Source of the DNA: Chrysomallon squamiferum
Lineage: Eukaryota; Animalia; Mollusca
Length of the DNA stretch: 64,000 bases
Direction: 5' to 3'
Assembly (NCBI GenBank): GCA_012295275.1
Contig: CM022671.1
Location: forward strand, 20,894,001-20,958,000
Shown here: piece after piece, positions 55,746-64,000 of the stretch
Layout: every line of letters begins with the position of its first letter
Numbering within the stretch: the first letter of the stretch is position 1
Program-made: the position numbers and the translations under genes
The notes under the pieces: model-generated
What the model was told of the DNA's origin: nothing
The model's database searches: none
What the model saw: only the letters and a program-made list of their open reading frames with translations

Positions 55746-57166
55746 ACCTAATAACCATCAATATCAAAATGTGCTTATATTTTATTAAACTTCTTTTGTT
55801 TCTAGAATAATGTCGTGAAATTATGAAATGAGAAAAAAGCACAAACATTAAGGAATCCAGAGAACATTCACTGAGTAAGCTACACACACTAAATCTTTTT
55901 TTCAAGGTTTATTAAGTATATCAAAACGAAATGAATATTCTGAAAATCAGTTTTTCGAAATTATCTGTTTAAGACAGACTAAACAGAGAGGTTTATAATA
56001 CTCCTTTTCTTCTTAATAAGATGTCGTTGTCAAAAATATTCCTTATAACTGCAAGTTAAAGCAACGAACCTTCATAGTTTTTAAAACTTTATTAAAGAAA
56101 GAAGAAATTGAATACTACGCTAAAAAAACAAAATTAAAAAAAAAAAAAAAAAAACAAATCACCTCTAAGAAGAACTGTTAAAGCTAAAATACGAAAGGTG
56201 AATTGACTAAAACGTAAAGGTTATGGTTGTTGAATTATGAACGTTAATCTGACTAAATCGCGAATGTTAACATGTCTAATGAAGAACGATATTTGGGAAA
56301 ATCTCAAGAGACTAAACCATGAACTTTTCTTCATTAAATTGCGCAGACTGTCGTGTCTACATCACGTATCTTAGATTGACTAATACATGATCGTCGGATT
56401 GTATGTTTCATTTACTGCGTACTTTAGACCAAAATTAAAGTATTACTTAACATAACGGATAGTATATTTGGTTGTTTTACAAATATACTCAGTAGATTAA
56501 TATATATTTTTTATAATTAAGTTTATAAATTAAAAAAAGACAATGAGCGTGTCTGTCTATATGTGTATGCTTATGTTTGTCTGTGTGCATTTATTAAAAA
56601 ATAGGCCAAAATTAAAAGAAAAATTATTTGAAACTGTTGTTACAAATAAGCGTACACGTAATGACGGAAGATTAATAAAATAATGTATACAGTTAAAAAT
56701 TTGAGAACGAAAGAGGAAGAAGAAGCATTATAAAAGTTTTTTTGTCTAATTATGTAAGTGTGGAATGAGAGATAAACATGTGTGTCTTTCATGTGAGGAG
56801 ATGTCTAAGTGGGTTAAAATAGTTCACAAGAAAAAGAAAAAAGAAAATGAAAGCTAATCATTCGAAAACTCGAAGTATACCTGTTACATAAAAGAAACGC
56901 GATATTGCGACAGGGTTCTAAACAGGGGCTTCACGCGGAGTTGTGATTCTAATGAAATCCGATGTCTAACGACAAAGAAGCCGTAACCTTTTAGACTTGT
57001 CACTGGCGAGCATACAAAAACAATCAGAATTTTCGACAGCATCTAACAGCCAACGGCGCAGCTGTCATCCCCACGGTTAACCAAAAAAAAATGTTGACGA
57101 AGGAAGAAGAAGAAGAAGAAGAAGAAGAAAAAGAAAAATGGATCCGATAAACAACAGCATTACAAT

Positions 57167-57371
57167 TATAAAAGCCACTTATTTTTCAAAACGTCTCAAA
57201 GAGACATCATCTCTCAACGTGAGGCGGCTTCAAAATGGCTGACTTAAAAGGATGTCCGACTGAGAAACGTGTGTGAATTTCCTCATTAATGTAGCGTGCT
57301 CGCTGTGCACGTCGGTGTTGTCGCAGTTCGTTAAAGTTCGTTTCGTCCAATCGTTAGTTACTTCTTTGTAG
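57167..57371 (+). promoter_or_regulatory. Possible promoter/5' exon of a neighbouring gene
   Basis: CpG-rich patch with TATAAAAG (57167-57174), YY1-like CAAAATGGCT (57231-57240) and a possible donor AG|GTGAAT at 57372. No coding exon identified. Confidence 0.25.
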
Positions 57372-57519
57372 GTGAATTAAAAAAATATGTGCATGTCTAC
57401 ACAGTATTTTTATGAGTTCTTTCACATATGTAGTTCTGTATAAAAACATATTTATATGGTAGTATTGTTATATGTTGTATGTACGTATTAATATAGTGGT
57501 GTGTATAAATATTATAGTG

Positions 57520-57581
<62 letters not shown>

Positions 57582-58787
57582 CTTGTTAGTTTTGCTATGT
57601 CTTTTATATGTTTATATATTGGTTTTTTACGTTCTGTATGTACATGTACATTACTATTGTTATGTTACACATGTGTATTAGTATTATTATGTGATGTATG
57701 TGTATTATTGTGTTATGTATATATATATATATATTAGTACTGATATGTGTTTTATTGGTATTATATTAGCACTGGTACGATGTAAATAACTGTAACATAT
57801 ATATTTGTATAGTAATATTGTAATGTGTCGTATATGTTATATTAATATTATTAAGTGTCGTATGTTTTTTTTACATCTGTATTGTATATGTTATGATTTA
57901 TTTATTCTTTTTTTTTGCTATTTTTATATGTCGTATGTATGTGAACTTTTTTTATTTAAGTTGTGACTCGTCTGTTTACCTGCATTAGTATTGTTTTGTG
58001 TCGTGTTTCTATGAATATTAATATTGTTATGTGTATGTATGTATATTAGTACTATTGTGCTTTGTGTTTGTATATTAACATATCTGCAATTTCTTTTGTA
58101 TAAAATACTGAGTATTTTCATATTTGTACATACTTGTCTATGAATTTTTATATATATATTTTTTTTCTCTCTCTCTCTCTTATTGTTACTCTGTTGTAAA
58201 TATAAAATTATTCAGTATTTTGGTACATATATTTGATCTCTCAAATCTTCCAATATAAATTATAAACGCTCCTGGATAATGAAGAATGGGGAAAAAAAGG
58301 AAAAGAAAGTAAAAATTACATATTATTAAGAAATTATCATAAGACGACAGCAACTTCCTCAATAAAGAAATAAAAACAATACATACGCAATAACTGAATA
58401 CAAGCGACTTCTCTGAGATTACATATGTACAAAATATTTCCTTTCAAAGATCTGCTGAAACTCAGAAGAAAGAACAAAAATGCCCACATGTTTGTGTTTA
58501 ATTATCACAGCAGAAGAAAATGTTTCGTTGTTAACAAGGTGTCAGATGATTAAATTGACAATTAAGTTAATCTGACTCAATGTCATTTGTTGTAATTACC
58601 TCGGTGATTGCCAGGAAATGTTTACATCGCTTTCAGTGAAATTTAATAGCAGCAATCAAATGTACAAATCTAATTTCAAGTTGTTATTGTTTTAGGTTCA
58701 TTTTGATTTGTGTTGGATTGAGTTAAGCTTTGTTTTCTTCTTGTGTGTGTTTGGTTTTTTCATTTTATTTCCATGTTTATTTGAATT

Positions 58788-58818
<31 letters not shown>

Positions 58819-59172
58819 CTTTTTATTTATTTATTTTACTTTTTTCTTCTTCTTTTTGTTTATTTATTTGATTTGGTATTTATTAACTTTTAAATTTATT
58901 TATTTATTTATTTGTGGTTGTTGTTGTTCTTCTTCTTCTGTTATTTTTCTTTATTAATATAATTTTAGTTGTGATAGTTTTAAATTATGTTAAAGGATAA
59001 AGAAAGAAAACCAAATAGATATCTACAAAAAAACTAGCAAATAAATGAACAATATCAATTACATAAATAAATGAAAAGAATGCATTTAATATAGTTAGCA
59101 AGTAAGTAAATAAATAAATAAATATATAAATAAAATAAATATATAAATAAATAAGTAAATAAATAAATGAAC

Positions 59173-59267
<95 letters not shown>

Positions 59268-59764
59268 ATAAATCAAACAAAAATAATAAATAAATAACTA
59301 AATAAACAAACAGGTAAATAAGTAACAAATAAACAAACAAACCAAAAAAAATTATTTAAATATTCAGGTCTCATGAGTGAGTTTTCAGAAGTGTGTACCG
59401 CAGCATGGGGTATCTTCCACAAGCTTTTAGCGTCGCTTTCCTGGAATTTAGCGCGCCACTGAGTCGCGATAACTTAAAGATTGCAAGAACTTCATTTCCT
59501 GAACTTTCAGTCGTCTGGTATCCTGAACAGATGGCTAGCAGGACGACAATTAGCGACACTGGCAGCTACGTCGCTTCCTCTTAAAATGGAAATCCCCGGA
59601 AGTCGCTGTTGATCAATATAACGTGGGCTCTCGTTTAGCAGACTTCCATGTTTGAAAGAAAAGCATGATCAGGAAGACGACGTGCCATGAGCTTAATTAC
59701 CTAATAATTATCTACAGCCACACAGCCATCTTTATTACAGAATATATATATATATATATATATA

Positions 59765-59987
59765 CAGGGCGGCCCAGATGTAACCGAACCCGAAAGCTCA
59801 ATCGATGATCACTGATTTCAAGTCTGCTTCACGAAATACCGAATCAACCATTGAACGATGTCATCACTGTATTACAAATAATGGTTTGCATTTTGAACAT
59901 TTGCTGTAACTATATGAAATAAAATTTGTTTCATTTAACTGTAACTTTTCATAACAATTCAGGTTCGGTTACATCTGGGCCACCCTG
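59765..59987. mobile_element. Tc1/mariner-type MITE, 223 bp
   Basis: 30-bp TIRs CAGGG(C/T)GGCCCAGATGTAACCGAACC(C/T)GAA with 2 mismatches, TA on both flanks, inserted in a (TA)n run, no coding capacity. Confidence 0.88.
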
Positions 59988-60866
59988 TATATATAATTTC
60001 GTTTTTAAGCCTTTTTTTTTTAACACGCAGCGGTGCCACAGTTTAATAATCTTTCACTCATCTAGATACCGCCATCTTGCCTCGATTATCGTCATATCTG
60101 CTGAAGATCAGCTTTTTTTTTTTTTTTTTTTTTCTTTTTGTGGAGCTTTAAAAACACGAACAGAATACTTGAAGTCTAACAATGAAGGCAGTCGTACGTT
60201 ACAAATTATGCTAAGAAATATCATTTTTCATTTATAAAAAATAAGATAATTTAGGCGATGTTGCTAAGAATACAGTTTCAGTAATATTTCTCGGTCCTTT
60301 TTTTTTTTTTTTTTTTTATTTTTTTTTTTTTTTTTTTGGCTTGAATTATATAAAATATCAGTTTATTAATGTCACTTTTTTTTTCATTTATAATAGGTAA
60401 CAATATTCATACTAGTTATTGTAGTTCTCTCGTTATCACCTGGATATCAACAAACCGTAGATAGTTCATTAACCTCTAATTAGATATTGCAAAAAATGTT
60501 TAACGAGACGTCAGATCCTTTTTATATTGACAAGATCAGATGGAAGTCATGTGATTTTACAATAAGACCAAGAGAAAGGAAACTTGACGCGGCAGCTCAT
60601 AGGTTATTCCTACTGATCACATGTTGTGTGAACTTCCCGACAGACTGAAAAAAACAAGCAGATCTTAATGAATTTCAGAAATTGTAGCTTGTGACCTTTT
60701 GTTCATCACACTTTCTCACCATTAAATTGTGGTTCCATTTAGGGTATGAAGAATTCTCTTAATATAACGACTGTCCATTCTAATGATGTGAGGACATTTC
60801 TGACATAATTCGTTGTAAAACGAGAGAGGATGATAAAAGTAAAGAAAAAGAAGCGTTATCACAATT

Positions 60867-60994
<128 letters not shown>

Positions 60995-62615
60995 ACACAC
61001 ACACACGAAACAGGTTTTCACGCTCCGTAACAATTTATTTTCTATTTTGAGGAGTAATTATCTCACATCATACGCTCAAAGGCAAATTGCAAACTAGCTA
61101 AACTTTGCTACTAAAGTACATTTACCACGATGAAACAGTCAAGTCACTAACCTTACTGTGTCAATAGCACATATATTACGACCTGCATAACGGATTCTCT
61201 TTAAGTAACACAACGACCATTATCAACCATTACAGCAATCTCACAGCAGAGAAACTGTACAATTCAAGAAACAATTACCCTTGCTGGTGATCCTAGGTTA
61301 ATCTGCTGTGTTCAGACTGACCGCTAAAGTCAATTCATCTTGATGGCAGGATTTCAAGACACTTCCTATCTTTAAAACGTCCTGAACGTCACTTCTGTCG
61401 TAATTCAGATAATAAGATTGCACTTCTTAACCTCCGTTCCAAAGCGTTTACAAAGCAAAGAACGTTTGTGGCTTTGGATCCCTTTCTTCGGAGTTTGGAT
61501 GGGCACGGTACATATCTTGATGGCTAAAATCAAAGACTCGAACGTATGGCACCCATTCACCTGCACCCCGGTAGTGTCCGTTCGGCTATCAAGACAACCT
61601 TGAAAAAAGTTGCTCAGTAACCGAGAGTAATCATAGCTTCCCCCGAAGCACGCCGTTCTTTCGTCTTTCGTTATTTTTGCGTGATTCTTTTTTTTTAAAT
61701 TTTTTTATGGGAAACCTGGCTCTGGCAAGTATGTAGTTTAGGATTTTGAATATTCTCTGTCTGAAACAGATATATCTATATATATGTATGCATGGATATA
61801 TGTATGTGTGTGTGCATGTATTTATGTATGTATGTATATATGTATGTATGTATGTATGTATGAAAGTAAGTACGTATCTATCTATAAAGTTATTTATAAT
61901 TATATATATAATGTCTGTGTGTATATATCTACGCTAGTACAAATGAATACCTCATTTGTCATTCGCGTGTATATGTATGTATGCATGAAAGCAAGTACGT
62001 ATGTCCTTACAAACATATCTATAAAAATAAATATAATTATATATAACTTTTATGGCATTAGCTTTTATTATATTTTGTAGGAAAATGTGCCTGACTTAAT
62101 CATATTTTTTTTTTTTTTTTACTCATTCCGTTTTTAAGCAAATACCATCCATCTTAAAATCCAATTATTTCACATGCCAGAAGTTTATGAGGTTTCAAAT
62201 GATTAACACCTCACGATCAAATCGTAAACATTCCCACACAGTGCGAGAGTCGAAGACTGTACCAACCTGAGACAATGTAACTGACGTCAGAATTCTTCAC
62301 ACTGTAACTGTAAAAAAGAACGTATCATTCCGACACATTTAATTTCATCACTTGTTGTAATAAGAAAAAGACGAAGAAGACAAAGAAGAATGTTTGGATT
62401 TTTTATTTCTTCTCCTTATGGAGATTTTTTCAAATAAATCTCTTTTTTCTTTTTTATTTTCTTCTGTTCATAATTATATATGAATGTATTTTCATCTCTA
62501 TCTGTAAATGTATTCATCGCTCTACCTGCTATCGATCTATCTGTTTTCTATCTAACTTTCCTTCTTTCTTTCTTTTTTCTTTCTATTTCTTTTTCTTTCT
62601 GTATATCTATTTATG

Positions 62616-62716
<101 letters not shown>

Positions 62717-63038
62717 GTGCCTATCTACTTATCCCATTCAAACACAGTTTTTCTCTTTCTACCTCATTTTGTGACTGTATGAAGAACGGAATTATTATTG
62801 TGCTTTACAGAAATAATAGCAAACAAATCCAACTTTGAAATTCTAAGCTACAGTTAATAATTCAAAAGTACGATAAAAGAGAAAAGGTCATGATATGTAT
62901 TCTTTTCACTTGGCTCGAAAATTAATTCTAATCCTGGTCTCCAAAGACCTGAATGTTTAACAGTTCCTCGTCGTAGTTTTATAATTATAGTTTTTATTGA
63001 TTGTCACGCGTTTCTTCTATAATCAGGGAATAAAGTAA

Positions 63039-63145
63039 GAAATCCCCTGCAGTGGTTTTTTTGTATTTAATAGCAATAAGGCGCTTTTTACATGCACCTT
63101 TCCATAGATAGGAAAACAGACAAACTAGTCGTAGAGACTGTTCTC
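63039..63145 (-). mobile_element. Degraded Meta-SINE-like core fragment
   Basis: TAGCAATAAGGCGCTTTTTACATGCACCTTTCCATAGATAGGA..CTAGTCGTAGAG resembles the 4462-4558 segment. Confidence 0.42.
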
Positions 63146-63226
63146 AACAGACCTATTTAAAATAGTTCCGTCATTTTCTTACCTTAGTCTCTGGTCTAAT
63201 GTCCAGTGGGTCTGTTATTTAATTCT

Positions 63227-63281
<55 letters not shown>

Positions 63282-64000
63282 AATTATTAAAATTAAAAAA
63301 CTATTCAGACAATTACTATCTATTGTTTACGGTTGAACGCGTCAGTTAGTGTGTATAAGAGAGTATGTATGTGTATGCATAATTATGTGTGTTTGCGTAT
63401 ACGTTTGATTAGTTACATGTTTATGTTATGTTTATGTTATGCACCATCTCTGCTCGATGACAGCCCAGCGCGATCCATCAACAGTAAAATACGAATACGT
63501 ATACATGTATATTTGTGTATGTACGAACTAATTTTACAATGAAAAAAATCAAAATTACACTACATAAAAAAAAAATATATATATATATATATATAAATAA
63601 ATATTTATTATTGTTTTTACCTTCTTCTTTTTTAAATACATAAATTACATTACTTTTTCTTTCGCAGGCTCTAAACAAAAATTCTGAATTAATCATTAAA
63701 CTAATATTCTTTTTACCCTTTTTGTCGAAAACAAAGTTATTTAATTAATGATGCAGAAAAGCCTGGCGTTTAATAATTACTGAAAACAAAAGATGTTGTT
63801 TATTATAAACCTGCATGGTGTTCTTTGTTTTAAAATAAAATTAAAACAAAAATTAAACCGACAAATGTTTTAAAAAGAAAGATACGTTACTTTTAATAAT
63901 ACCTTATCGACTTTAATTTCTCTTTAATGCTACGCATTATTATTATTATACACAACAACATCAACATATAAATAAATACATAAATAATGAAAAAAAAAAA

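Noticed and set aside
59371-59584. Overlapping short ORFs in a CpG-rich patch, one with a hydrophobic start
   Set aside because: The minus ORF starts at GTG just after an in-frame stop with no acceptor; neither protein is recognisable.

Overview
AT-rich, microsatellite-dense animal genomic DNA. The neuropeptide content and repeat landscape point to a mollusc, probably a coleoid cephalopod (inference). Almost all listed ORFs are artefacts of simple repeats. The one clear gene is a + strand PXFVamide (Mytilus inhibitory peptide-type) neuropeptide precursor locus. It has a candidate TATA promoter and non-coding first exon (~9.6-9.75 kb), a short signal-peptide exon missed by the ORF track (43359-43442, ends in phase 1), and two downstream peptide-array exons. 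Exon A (48712-49481) encodes PYFVamide/PMFVamide peptides. Exon B (50612 or 50648 to 51561) encodes an unusual PEFVamide array of 24 x 30 bp units. Both have phase-1 acceptors in frame with the signal exon, plus their own stop codons and AATAAA signals, suggesting mutually exclusive terminal exons that give two different prohormones. The window also holds a Tigger4/MER46-like element between the two peptide exons, a Tc1/mariner-type MITE, degraded Meta-SINE-like fragments, a 1.9 kb tandem duplication and a higher-order (TATCTG)n satellite.
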